Positions 12,475 through 25,032 of a stretch of 64,000 nt of DNA are shown here, piece after piece. The notes beneath the pieces were generated by a model, which worked only from the letters and a program-made list of their open reading frames with translations, had not been told where the DNA came from and ran no database searches. How positions within the stretch are numbered: the first letter of the stretch is position 1; each line of letters starts with the position of its first letter. The DNA is from Eledone cirrhosa. Lineage: Eukaryota. A program made the translations under genes and the position numbers. The stretch lies in NCBI GenBank assembly GCA_964016885.1, contig OZ024740.1, positions 206,088,001-206,152,000 on the forward strand, written 5' to 3'.

Positions 12475-13781
12475 GTATGTACCCTCCCCTCTTCTCCACT
12501 TCTTCCAACCCTTCCATTTCTTTTTCTTCTTCCTCCTTCACCTTCTCTTCCTTCACTTTCTCTTCCACCTCCTTCTCTGTCTGCTTTCATAGGTTAGACA
12601 GGTTGTCATAGTCTGAATTATATATATATATATATATATAACAAAGAAAGTGTGGTAAGAAACCAGGTGGACCATAACGCACCAGAGTACTCGATACTTA
12701 GGGAAGTAGGGTGGGTAATAGGAAAAGAGTCAGGACCCTGATGGCTAAGCTCTGGCCGTTTTGACAGCTAGCAGTCAAAACGGCCGGAGCTCAGACGTCG
12801 GGGTCCTGACTCTTTTCCTATATATATATATATATATATATATATTGTGGAGTGGGGAGACCCAAGAAGACCTGGGATGAGGTGATAAAAGCCGACCTTA
12901 CACAATTGCACCTGTCAAAGGCAATGACACAGGACTGTAACCTCTGGCATCACGCAGTTATACAGAAGACCCGACTTCCTATGGGTACAAGCCGAGGCTG
13001 AAGCTTATAGGCAATATGCCCCCACCCCCTCCCACTGCAAAGTGGTCGTGGAGGTGCCATGACAAAAAAGCACCCAGCACTCACTGTAAATGAGGTTGGT
13101 GTTAGGAAGGGCATCCAGGTGTAGAAATCAAACCAGAATCGGTTCCCATATCAGCAAGACAAGGTCAGCCGACCGGACACTACCCACATCAGGACAACCC
13201 GTCTAATCCATGCTAGCATGGAAGAATGGACGTAAAACGGTGATGATGATGATGATGATATATATATGTGTGTGTTTGTGTATGTATAACAAATTTATTA
13301 TACAAAAGGCTTCTACAGTGTTCTATAGAAGCCTTTTCTATATTAAATTTGTTGTACATACTCTACTAATGTATTGAGTACCTTACTTACTGTGGTTACC
13401 CCCGATTGAACCTGGGGCTCATATATATATAGTATATGGTAAAATCCCAACAGAGGGTCTACTCTATTTCAGCTGTCCTGCAAGTTTACTTGCTTTGAAA
13501 CAGTTCAAAGCCAGTAAGATTTTCATTGGGATTTTACCAATTATTTTACAAACTCTATAACTAACTTTGTATTGAGTGCTATCCTGACTGGTGATCTTCT
13601 TGGTTTCTCTGCTGCAAACGTTTCACACAAACACACATGTATATATATATATATATAATTAGTTACAACAGTGACATATACAGGTACTTGAGTTTCACCT
13701 TAACTCATTCAGCTTGTTATATAAATATATATGTTCATATATACACACAAATATATATTATTTTTTATATTATTATGTTAG

Positions 13782-14007
13782 ATCCTTGCTGCAACCAGTT
13801 CTGGAGATGGTGTACCCTGTAAAAGTAATGTGACATATGACAGAGGTGGAGTGATTAGTCCAGTTACAGGACTAACCAAGAAGTCTGAAAATTATCAAAT
13901 AACTCTTACCTGGAATCGTGTGCCAAAAGCAAAATCTTACAAAATTATATACCTAGACATATGGAATACTGAGCACCTCATAGATGTTCAGAAAGAATCA
14001 GTATCAA
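13782..14007 (+). CDS. SORL1: SORL1-like exon: FN3
   Basis: ttag| ILAATSSGDGVPC..ITLTWNRVPKAKSYKIIY..ESVS a|gtaagt; phase 0-1. Confidence 0.85.
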
Positions 14008-14261
14008 GTAAGTAAAATTGCCAGTATTTTTAAATTTCTCTTATATTGCTTAGCTCTTAACATCCGGTTAATATGAATCAATTTGAATTAACATCTATAA
14101 TCCTGTAATGATTTTGCAAAAAATATCTAAAATCAAGTTTATTAATTGAAATGTATCATGAAAATTTGCAGAGTAAAATCTTTGCTTTTTAACATGATCC
14201 AATCATATTGTTGTTTTGTACTTTTTAACATGATCCAATAATATTGCTGTTTTGTACTTTC

Positions 14262-14493
14262 TAACCCTTTAGCGTTTACATTACTCTATGTTTTTACTAT
14301 TGTATCTTTTCATGGTAAACACTTTATTTCACATAATTATCTCACATAATATCAAATTTATGCGATTTTGATATTATTTATTTTGAGAACAATACCTTAG
14401 CATAAGTATGAGCAGCCGGTTATAGCTGATTTGAAGAGAAAGAGGTGAGAGAATTCTGGCCAGATATGGCCGGTTTAAATGCTAAAGGGTTAA
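14262..14493. mobile_element. piggyBac-like MITE (representative)
   Basis: taaccctttagcgttta...taaatgctaaagggttaa TIRs at TTAA-like sites. Relatives at ~610-826, 22252-22471 and 57880-58284; a second family at ~9356-9586, 11586-11824 and 18891-19130. Confidence 0.65.
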
Positions 14494-16207
14494 GGATGTT
14501 TTGCTCATGTAGTTTCATGAGGTACAGGATGTTAAAAGATAAGTTGAAGTAAAATGACCTGGTTGATAAAATAATAAACTATTATCTTTGAGGTAATAAG
14601 CTCATATTTACAAAAGGTATTTTGTGATGATATGGATGCAGAATGCCAAATGGTTAAGAAATTTGCTTCAAAATGTTAGGTCCTAGATTCAATCTCACTT
14701 CATGGCATCTTGGGCAAGTGTCATTTACCAGTGATGGTCAACCCATGCTTTGTGAGTGAAATTGGGTAGACAAACACAGTTTTGAAGCCTCTTGGATGGT
14801 TTGTGCATGTAAATCAAAGGATCAGCACTGTATCATACTGAATTCATTTCATTTTCATTTCATTTCATTTTACGTCCGCTTTTTCCCTGCTTGCAAGGGT
14901 GGGATGGGAACTGATTCTGGCTTGATTTCTACAGCTGGACGCCCTTCCTAACACCAACCTCATTTACAGTGAGTGCTGGGTGCTTTTTTGCCGTGGCACC
15001 TGCACGACCACTTTGCAGTGGAATGAGATGATAGGGACTGGGGTCCCTATCATCTCATTTCTACAGCTGAGTAAACTGGAGCAATGTGAAATAAAGTGTC
15101 TTGCTCAAGGAAACAATACATGGCCCGGTCTGAGAATTGAACTCACAACCTTTCGATTGCAAGGCCAATGCTCTAACCACTAAGCCATGTGCCTCCATGA
15201 ATCTCCCTGAGAATTATATTAAAAGGCACATTTCTGATATACTTGGCTTTTTACAGGTCATTCCATTGATGGAATAATGAGAACACTCATCGTCAAAACT
15301 GATGGAGATCCATTCTGTATTGTTTAACTCAGCCTTGATTCAGCTGAGGGGTTGAAGCTGGGATTATCCAATTGCTTTTTTAAGGTTTACTGTATCTAAG
15401 ACTACATCATCTTGGTTTTATTTTTATTTTCAAAACAGTAAAATATGATTCATGAAGGTGCACAGCCTGACAGAGACTGCTGTGTTCTTGATTGTAAAGG
15501 TTGTGAATTTGATCACTGGAGTCAGTGGCACGTGCTATTCTTGAGCAAGGTACTTCATTTTGTGTTGCTTTAGCTCATTCAGCTGAAAAAATGTGTAGCA
15601 GCAGTAGCAGCTAAGGGTTTAACCTTGCAATGGACTGACCGACTCCAGAGAGATCATGTACATTCAGTCATTTAATGTCTTCAGAAACCTGGATAAGCTC
15701 TGGCCTGATCAAGTTCTTGGCTTGAAACACACTTTACTTTCCGATAAGGTGTGATTTGACAGTGATTTACCTGCTATTTTAACTGATTGATTTGACCACA
15801 TTTAGGCCGAAGGTTCCACTGTAGTTTCAAGCCTGGAAACATGTAGTTCTGAAACAAACTTCTTAACCACATAGCCATGCCTGTATGCTTGTAGGTATAT
15901 TTCTGATTAAATACACATATATGAAATGAAAAATAAAAATAAATTTACAGCTTACACCTATGCAGGTAAAGCTAGCTTCCTATGAAGTTGTAATTCATAG
16001 GAGGTTTCTTGTGTTTTAAATGATATCATTAAAAAAATGAGAAATGAAGGTTCTTGCTCAAGAACACAATGCATCATCTGTCCCAAGATCTTACGATCTT
16101 CAGTCTAACACCCATACTTCTTCCACATACATCACATAAACTTATTTATTTATGTTTTTATTGTTATGCTGATAAAGTCTCTAATAAATGTTTTCTGTTT
16201 GTTTCAG

Positions 16208-16306
16208 TTCCCAACCTGGCTCCTGGCTCCAATTATCAGATCCGACTCCAAGGATACAACAACATCTCTGCTGGTCCACCTGTAGAGATAGCTGTTCACA
16301 CAAAAG
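16208..16306 (+). CDS. SORL1: SORL1-like exon: FN3
   Basis: tttcag| PNLAPGSNYQIRLQGYNNISAGPPVEIAVHTK g|gtatag; phase 1-1. Confidence 0.88.
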
Positions 16307-17771
16307 GTATAGCATTTTGTCTTACTTAATTTTTTTGTTCCTTTTTATTGATCTTTATTTATCGAATGGCTGAATTACAGGACTTAAAGAAACAGTAACA
16401 TAGATACAGACATGGACACACATACACATATATACATACATTCATATGTATTATCATCATCACCGTTTAACACACACACATATACATACATTCATATGCA
16501 TCAGCATCATCACTGTTTAACGTCCATTTTTCTACACTACCATGGGTTAGATGAGTTGTCCCACTGCGAGCAATGCCAAGTCAGGTGACCATGTCTTGCT
16601 CATACAGAACTGCTTCTGGCTTGGTTTCTACAGCTGGATGCCTTTCCCAACGCCAACCACATTTATAGTGAGTACTGGGTGCTTTTTGTCATGACACCTA
16701 CAGCCACCACTTTACAACGTGGCCTTCATGTTTTTTGTCATGACACCTACACGACCATTTTACATTGTGGGCTTCGTGCTTTTTGTTGTGACACCTACAC
16801 AACTGTCACTAATATTATATGTGTGAGAGGCTTTCGTTTCTGTGAACCAGATTTCACTCACAAAATATTGGGCAGTATGAGGCTATAGTAGAAGACACTT
16901 CAGTAGGACTGAACCAGAAGCCATGTGGTTGTAAAGTGAACTTCTTAACCACTCAGTCATGCCTGTATCTGTTTAATTAATGAGAGAATGGCACTGCCCA
17001 TGACACATTTCATGGTCTTTGAAACTGACAGGAAGGTGGAAGGAAAGGATCAAAGTATTCTCAAACTAGAGACCTGGTCTAAATGCTTGCAACAAAGTGG
17101 ACTACTGCTAGAGGCACCTTAGTGCCTGGTGGTGGTGGTGTTGGTGGTTGTAGCAAACCAGGCAACTAATTAAGTCTACCAACCAAGTAGGAAACAGCAG
17201 GATTTGAACTCAAAATACAAAGAACCAGAATGAATACCACAAAACATTCTATCTAACGTTCTAATTGTTGTTTTAATAGAGATATTATATTAGGTACTGT
17301 GATAAAATGCACTGTGCAGTGGCAGTGCTGATGTCATGATATAATGCCCCTTGTTCACTCTGTAAAATGTTAATGCTGGTGTAACATTAAAATGCTTTCA
17401 GCCTACAATGTAAATTGTTAGTGAAGGTGTCACAATAAAGTGCACTCAGTGCACTCTGCAAAATGGTTGTACATGTATCACAATAAAATGCACCCAACCC
17501 ACTCTGTAAAATGGTTGGCATTAAGTAGGACATCCGGCCATAGAAGCTATGCCAAAATGGAATGTATGAGCAAGACATGATCCTCTGAATTCTCTACATT
17601 TATCCCATGCAAGCATAGAAAATGGATATAAAACTGGGACGATGATGCCCCTGTGCCCGTTGTGATGAGGGGTGTACAATAATGATGATTATAATTATTA
17701 CTAAGTTGAAAAATATTGATGAGTCGCTAATATGAAATTAAAAGTATTCTATTTTATTTTACATCCATCAG

Positions 17772-17869
17772 GTAAAGAAATTACCACACCCAATATTTTG
17801 GCAGCAGTGTTAGTTAAAAATAATTCTCTCAATATTTCATGGGTTGGTCCAACCCTTGGTCATCACCAG
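17772..17869 (+). CDS. SORL1: SORL1-like exon: FN3
   Basis: catcag| KEITTPNILAAVLVKNNSLNISWVGPTLGHHQ |gtaaat; phase 1-0. Confidence 0.82.
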
Positions 17870-18501
17870 GTAAATTTCTATTTTTACACTTTTGATCCCA
17901 AATTGCCTGAAATTGTTCCTGGTTCTACAATACAAAACATGTCAATAATAAACTAAAAATCTTTTATCATAATTCTATGAAATCCTTTGCTAAGATGTTC
18001 TCCAAACACCAGCTTAATAACGAGAAAGTTAGTTATATTACTTAAATCACTCAAAATTCTTGATTATTTTTTAAATTATCTGGAAATAATAAGCAGTGTA
18101 TTTCATGAAATATATGGTAATGAAAGAGTTAAAGTGTTTATATTTATCTAAAAACCTTTCATCATAATTTTATGTCGAAACTTTTATTAAGTTATATTCC
18201 AAATATCCTCATAATAATGAAAAAAGTAGTTATATTACTAAATCACTCCAAATTCTTGATTATTTTTGAGAGATACATAGTCTTGATAAGGGACAATAAG
18301 TCTGAAACAATTATCGACTATTTTCTCTCTGCTACTGCAGAAACAAAAGGATGGTGTTATGAGGTCTTTTGTTTTTAATAAATTAATCAATTATCTAAAC
18401 TAATATTAATTCTATTTCAAATGACATTAACGTTTTCATGCACACACACACACACACACACACAGGCATTACTCTTATTCTCTGTTTTAATCTGTTTGCA
18501 G

Positions 18502-18712
18502 CACTTTGCCATTTTCTATGACACAATTCCTCGTCATTTAGAGAATTCCCACATAAAAGATGCTCGTTGGGTAGAATACACAACGTCCCGGTATATAGTA
18601 TTAGAGAACTTGCAGGCATGTGAAGCTTACATTGTAAAAGTGGCAGTGGTTAAATCCAAGTGTATACCACTGAGTCACCTCAGTCCTGAAATACTCTTTC
18701 AAACTCCATCAG
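18502..18712 (+). CDS. SORL1: SORL1-like exon: FN3
   Basis: ttgcag| HFAIFYD..LENLQACEAYIVKVAVV..FQTPS g|gtaact; phase 0-1. Confidence 0.88.
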
Positions 18713-19429
18713 GTAACTGTTTTTTTAATATCTATTGTATCACATCAGAAGATAAGACAACTGCTATTGTCTCCACTACTTAGGCCAGCTAACAACAATT
18801 ATGCTGAGTGGTTTAGAAGTTTGAGATCCTAGGTTTGATCTTACTGTATGTTATTTTAGACAAGTGTCTTTTCTGTAGACTTTACTTGACTTAACTCTTT
18901 AGTTACCAACCTGACCAAAACCAACTCTGGTTCAATGAAATAAAACGACACATTTTAAAGGTTTCTAATTTAAGTTAAAATCTTCCAACATAATTTTATA
19001 TAATAACCTTACATTAAGTTAATATCTTAGTAATGAAATGATTGATAAATTTAGTAAATCCCTAAAAATTCTTCATTAATTAATTAAAATAGAGTGTATT
19101 TAATTAGAAATGCAGTCATGAAAGGGTTAAGTTTTGTGAATAAAATTAGATAATAGAAACTGTCAGGGAGATTGTACTTATAATCCATAGGTCCAGTATT
19201 GTCACATACTGTGTCAGATATGAGGCCATTATGACTGTCAGGGGTGGTGGATTGGCAGTATCGGTAGAGGGTTGGACGCTATGCTTTGACGTATAGAGTT
19301 ACGGTCCTTGCCATTCTGAGTTCAGATTCCGCCGAGTTTAACTTTGCCTTTCATCCTTACGTGGTCGATAAAATAAAGTACCAGTAATGTACTGGGTAAT
19401 TGCTGGCCTTGTGCCAAACGTAGAAACAA

Positions 19430-19640
19430 TTATGACTGTCAGTTCACTACTTTAGATATTAGGTTATTATGATACCAGATAAAGTTATGACTGTCAGTTC
19501 ACCACTTTAGATATTAGCTTATTATGATACCAGATAAAGTTATGACTGTCAGTTCACCACTTTAGATATTAGCTTATTATGATACCAGATAAAGTTATGA
19601 CTGTGACAATTCACCACCTGAGTTATCAGGCCATTTTGAT
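19430..19640 (+). repeat. ~54-bp tandem repeat (3 copies plus 1 diverged)
   Basis: ttatgactgtcagttcaccactttagatattagcttattatgataccagataaag repeated. Confidence 0.9.
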
Positions 19641-19761
19641 ACCAGAAAAAGTCCACCATTTGTTAAGGACTACAATTTATCTCTAAAAGATTTCTTGATA
19701 AGATTGTCCTTTTGGAAGATGTGTGTGTCTGTGTCTCTGTTTCTCCTCATATTTTTGTTAA

Positions 19762-20575
19762 GTATGATTATACAGATGTAATGATTATATAGATGTAATG
19801 ATCTTATAGATGTGATGATTATACAGATGTACTGACTATATAGATGTATTGACTATACAGATTTGTACAGCCACCGGAAATAACATCTGTGAAATAAACA
19901 ACTCCATCTATCTGCTTAGCTAGCTACCTCATTGTGAAACAAACAACCCTTAAAGCCACCAAAATAAACGCCTACGCAGCGGCTAAACATCAAATGATTA
20001 TTTTTGTATAAATAGAGTGATTCCAAACACTTTTGCCAGTCGACTTTGGCAGAGTCAGCTAGCGTATCGTTGTTCCTCTCCTCTGTCACGCTTGTCACTC
20101 ACACACGCCTTGCACCTCTGTATCGTCGCTTCATATGAAAATAAACAGCTGACCGAAACTACATCTCTCACCTTACTCGTCCTTTCAACTTGTGCTTTCG
20201 TCTGTTCATCCTTACCGTATGAGACAGCAGTCCTTTTAAGGGCTACCCTCAGATCCGATCAGACCGTATGCGATAACAGTTCTTTTAAGGGCTATTCTCG
20301 GATCTGATCAGAAGTAGTGACCAGACTGACTAACCACGTCGCTACAGATTGAATGATTATATAAATGTAATGATCTTATAGATGTACTGACTATATAGAT
20401 GTATTGATTATATAGATGTATTGATTATATAGATGTATTGATTATATGGATGTATTGATTATATAGATGTAATCATTATACAGATGTAATGACTATATAG
20501 ATATAATAATTATACAGATGTATTCAACATACAGATGTAATGATCACACAGATGTATTCAATATACAGATGTAAT
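19762..20575 (+). repeat. 17-bp minisatellite (atagatgtattgattat) split by the solo LTR
   Basis: Tandem copies at 19762-19863 and 20347-20575. Confidence 0.85.
19864..20346 (+). mobile_element. Solo LTR
   Basis: TGTA...TACA termini; 4-bp TSD GATT; internal TATAAATA and AATAAA; splits a 17-bp minisatellite. Confidence 0.75.
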
Positions 20576-20605
20576 TGTAGTTTTGTTGCTTCTTTTTTAA
20601 TGAAG

Positions 20606-20709
20606 ATGATCGAGCTCCTCCAAAAGAAGTTCAAGTAACTGAGGGTACTAACAAGAGTTGTATAAACATCACATGGCAACCACCATGCTCAGCAGAAAAA
20701 GTTAAACGG
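20606..20709 (+). CDS. SORL1: SORL1-like exon: FN3
   Basis: gaag| DRAPPKEVQVTEGTNKSCINITWQPPCSAEKVKR |gttagt; phase 1-0. Confidence 0.82.
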
Positions 20710-22649
20710 GTTAGTTTTTATTTTCACTGAAATATCTTTAATGCATTTTATGTAAAAATGATCATGTTTCACTGAGCTCTCGTCTCTGTCTTTCTCCACC
20801 CTCTCCTATCACTGCTTCTTTCTGCCTGGCTGAGAACACAACTGACTTAATATTGGTGCCATGATAAAATACATCCAGTTCACTCTGTAGCAGTAGTGCT
20901 GGTGCGATGATAAAATGTACCTGTTATACACTTTAATACAACCTTGTAGGAGGCCAGCTAAACCTACATAGGTATGAGCAGTAACAATATGATAGAACTG
21001 GAGCTCCCATCATTAAAACACCCAAGATACAACTCTGCATGAGGCCAGTTAAACTGTCATTTCATTTATTTATGGCTGTTTCCTGATCAACAGGAAGAGG
21101 AGATATAATAGCCAAGTTATTTAGATTACCAACTCAGAAATTAGGAGTTGACATACATTGCAAATATGTTGCTTCTCTGAGGAATATTTTATTCTGTAAT
21201 GTTGATATCTGCTTTAATATGACATTAATTGGGTATTAATGACAACCAGCATGTCGCTATATGAGATTACAACATTTCAACAAGCTTCGCATTATCGAGA
21301 ACTTTGAGTATATGGAATCGATACCATTAAAAGTTAATCATAAGTATTCCAATATTCTATCTTCCTGATCTCTGTTTGAACATACATTCATTTTATTTAT
21401 ATTTTGAAAGGATTATTTTCAATTCAAACTTAAAAGAACATAGTACCAGATCATCTGGGAATTTCACCTCTGATACATTGATGTCTCAATAGAACACTTT
21501 ACAGAGTGGACTGGGTGCATTTTATCATGGCACCAACACTCACACTAGAATCAAACCCACAACTTTATGATTCTAAATTCAACAAACATCCTAACCACTA
21601 AGCCACACACCTTCACAAGACATACAGATGTTATAAACAGTTGAAAAGAAATTTGATCAAAGAATGAGTGTTTAACATAGGATATTTTATGTATCATCTC
21701 AATGCTAAAGTCAGTATCTTGTATTACCTAGTTGTGTTTAGTAAAATAAATACCAGTAATTTTATTACTCCTGTGGTTTTAGGCATTAGACTGTGGCCAT
21801 GCTGGGGCACTGCCTTGAAAGGATTTAATTCATCTTATTGCTCCCTATTTTATGTTTGAGAAATGAGCAAAAATCAAAACCCCCTTTATAAGAATCAACA
21901 CATTATTCTATTCTATATTGACCTTGAATATAAGTTGACCACCCATCAGTTTTTGGGTCACATATTCCTGAGCTTACCTTGAATATAAGTTGACCACCCA
22001 TCAGTTTTTGGGTCACATATTCCTGAGCTTATATTCAAGTATATAAAATAATTAAGTTTTAACAGAAATCTCTTGGTATTTTCAGCTCATTGTTTTTGTT
22101 TCTTTTTCTTTTTCTTAACCCTTTTGTTACCATATTTCTAGCAATAGATGCTGCCTACGATTTTCAAATTATTTTGAAAATGATAAAACATTTGGAGAGA
22201 TTTAGTGATATAACTAACTTTCTCATAATTAAGCTGGAGTTTAGGACATAACTTAACCCTTTAGTATTAATATTACTCTATATATACTATTGTATTTTTG
22301 TAGTAAAGGCTTTATCTTACATAGATATCTCACATGATATCGAATCTACAAGATTTTAATATTATATATTTCGAGAACAATACCTTAATGAAAGTACTAG
22401 CAGTCAGTTACATCCGGTTTGAACAGAAAGAAGTGAGAGTATTTTGGCCAGTTTAAATGCTAAAGCATTAACAAAGAATCTTACATATAATTTTGATGGA
22501 AGGTTTGTAGATAAATATAAACATTTCTGTGTCATAGAATCAGAGATGGTTTCCTGTGACTTGGTATCAAAAGGATTTAATGAAAATGTTTTTTGTAATT
22601 GCATGTTGAAGAAATATCTTTTTCTGAAGGTCTCTAATTTGCTCCACAG

Positions 22650-22815
22650 GTATATATTATTTACATAAATAGTTCCAACCCATTATCACCATTGCCACCG
22701 ACAGACAAGAAATTCATTTCAACTGAAATCTGTAACTTCAGACGTGGCGCCACCTATAATGTTTCTATAGGTTTTGGTCAGTCACGTCTTTCATTACCAG
22801 TGTTATGGCAAGTTG
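22650..22815 (+). CDS. SORL1: SORL1-like exon: FN3
   Basis: cacag| VYIIYINSS..ICNFRRGATYNVSIGFG..WQV g|gtaagt; phase 0-1. Confidence 0.82.
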
Positions 22816-24307
22816 GTAAGTTTCACCATTTCTTTTCTTTAATGTTATTTTAAAAGTTGATGGAAAGCTTGTTGAAGAAAACCTTATTACCTCTCTCATG
22901 TCAATGGCATGATAAAAAGCATCCAGTACACTCAGTAAACTAATTGATGATAGGAAGGGCATTCAGCTATAGAAACCTACAGTAGAAAACCTTTTGAAGC
23001 AATGTTTTACAGCTTCCTGGGGCTAAAATATTTAGTGACTTTATATGACATGCAGCAATACAGTATATCTACTAAGATGCTCCAAAAAAAAAAAAAAAAA
23101 AAAAGATTTATCATCACCATCATTTAATCTCTCTGCTAGCAAGGGTTGAACAGGCTGTTGCTACTGACCTCACAGATGGGCCAAGGTGGGGGTACCTTGC
23201 TTACATATATTCCTGTACTCTACAGAGGGCACTGAGTGCATTTTATAATGATACCAGCATGAGGAAGGTTATCATGTCTGACACAACTGAAAAATCCTTC
23301 CAATCCTTTGTTTGGCAAGTTTTCTATGGTTGGATGTTCTTCCTATCACCAACCATCTTACAAGGTGTGCTGGATACTTATTTTTTTCTTTTTTTGTTCC
23401 AGCACTATTATCATCATCATCTTCTTCACCATTTAGCATCCATTTTTCCATGTTTGCATAGGTTGGATAAGTCGTTCATGTTGGCCACCCCATACCTTGC
23501 TCCGACAAGGACCGTAAATTTGGCTGGGTATTTTACAGTTGGATGCCCTTCCTAACACCAACCACCTTTAAATAACATTAGTTTTGTTAAGCATTATTGA
23601 TTACTTTGATAGTGTCAAGTTCTGTTTAGCTTCTGGTGATATTGTTTTCCATACTTCAGTAGGTAGGCACATGTTGACAATATTGTCTTCCATACTTCTA
23701 TAGGTTAGCGTGTGCTTATGATATGTAAAGCCATTGAATGGCATCCACTGCTCCTACCCTGGCTGCTGAGGTAGCAGTGACATGTTCACAGCTTAAATAC
23801 TCAGTGTGACCAAATGTATGTTTATTATAGCTAAACATATTGTATAAGGGTTCATTTACACCTTTATTCTAAATCACACTGTGTCAGTGTTATCACTGAC
23901 TATTAGCTTGTATTCTGATACTGTGTTACACTGCCAGGTTCTATTAGCTTCTATTGTGTTAGACAGCCTGGTTCTAATGTGTCCTACTGTATTAGACTGC
24001 CTGGTTCTAATGTACTACTGTGTTAGATGATCGGATTTTAATACAGCCTGTAGTGTCTTACTCTGTTAGAATATGAAGTTCTAATGGCTTCTATTGTATA
24101 ACTTTGTTAGTCTGCTAGTAACTTCTATTGTGTCCTACTACATTAGACTATCAGCTTCTATTGTATCTTATTGTGTTAGTAGTCTGCTATAATATGTTAC
24201 TGTAATAGACTCCTAGACTCTATGGTGTTGCTATGTTAGTCTATATTGTTCTATTGTGTTTTACTGTATTATTGTGCCTGCTTCTAATAGCTCCTATTAT
24301 GTTTCAG

Positions 24308-24414
24308 AACAATATCCTGAGCCCCATGCTGTGAAGGTGGTTGATGAAGACCCAGATAAATATTATTACAAATTAATATGGAATAACATCAACATACCAC
24401 CACATTTGTTTACA
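24308..24414 (+). CDS. SORL1: SORL1-like exon: FN3
   Basis: tttcag| QYPEPHAVKVVDEDPDKYYYKLIWNNINIPPHLFT |gtaagt; phase 1-0. Confidence 0.82.
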
Positions 24415-24848
24415 GTAAGTGAAAGCACAATAAAACACACACACACATACCTTAACTTGAAAAACAAAAACAAAACTAGTCAGGTTTGATGTCAGGAAGG
24501 ACATCTAGTGACAGAATAATGAAATGATTAAGTTTTAATAAATCTTTCAAACTTCTTCATTTATTAATTGGAATAATGTATTTCATTATAAATATGGTCA
24601 TGAAAGCGTTAAAGTGTTTATATTTATCTAATAACCTTCCATGGTATTTTTTGCAAGAACCTTTATTAAGTTATGTCTGAAACACCATTTTAATAATTAG
24701 AAAATTTGTTATATTATTAAATCCTTCCAAGTACTAGATTATTTCCAAAATGATTTGAGAATTATTGGCTGTATCTTTCATTAAAAATATGGTAATAAAA
24801 GGGTTGAAAATGTTCAATTCATGTAATCAACATTCCTTTCTAAAACAG

Positions 24849-25032
24849 GGCTATCAAGTAGTCTACAAAGTTGGAGGTGAGACAGATCTTCATGTCTACT
24901 GTGTTATCAACTCTACATCTGTCAGCTTGAATAAACTCGCCAAAGGATTCATGTATGAGCTAAAGGTACGACTCAACAAAATTGAAGGCTACTATGGAAA
25001 GTTCAGCAGTGTAGCTTCTCTAGCCATTCCTT
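24849..25032 (+). CDS. SORL1: SORL1-like exon: last FN3
   Basis: acag| GYQVVYKVG..LNKLAKGFMYELKVRL..GKFSSVASLAIP t|gtaagt; phase 0-1. Confidence 0.88.
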
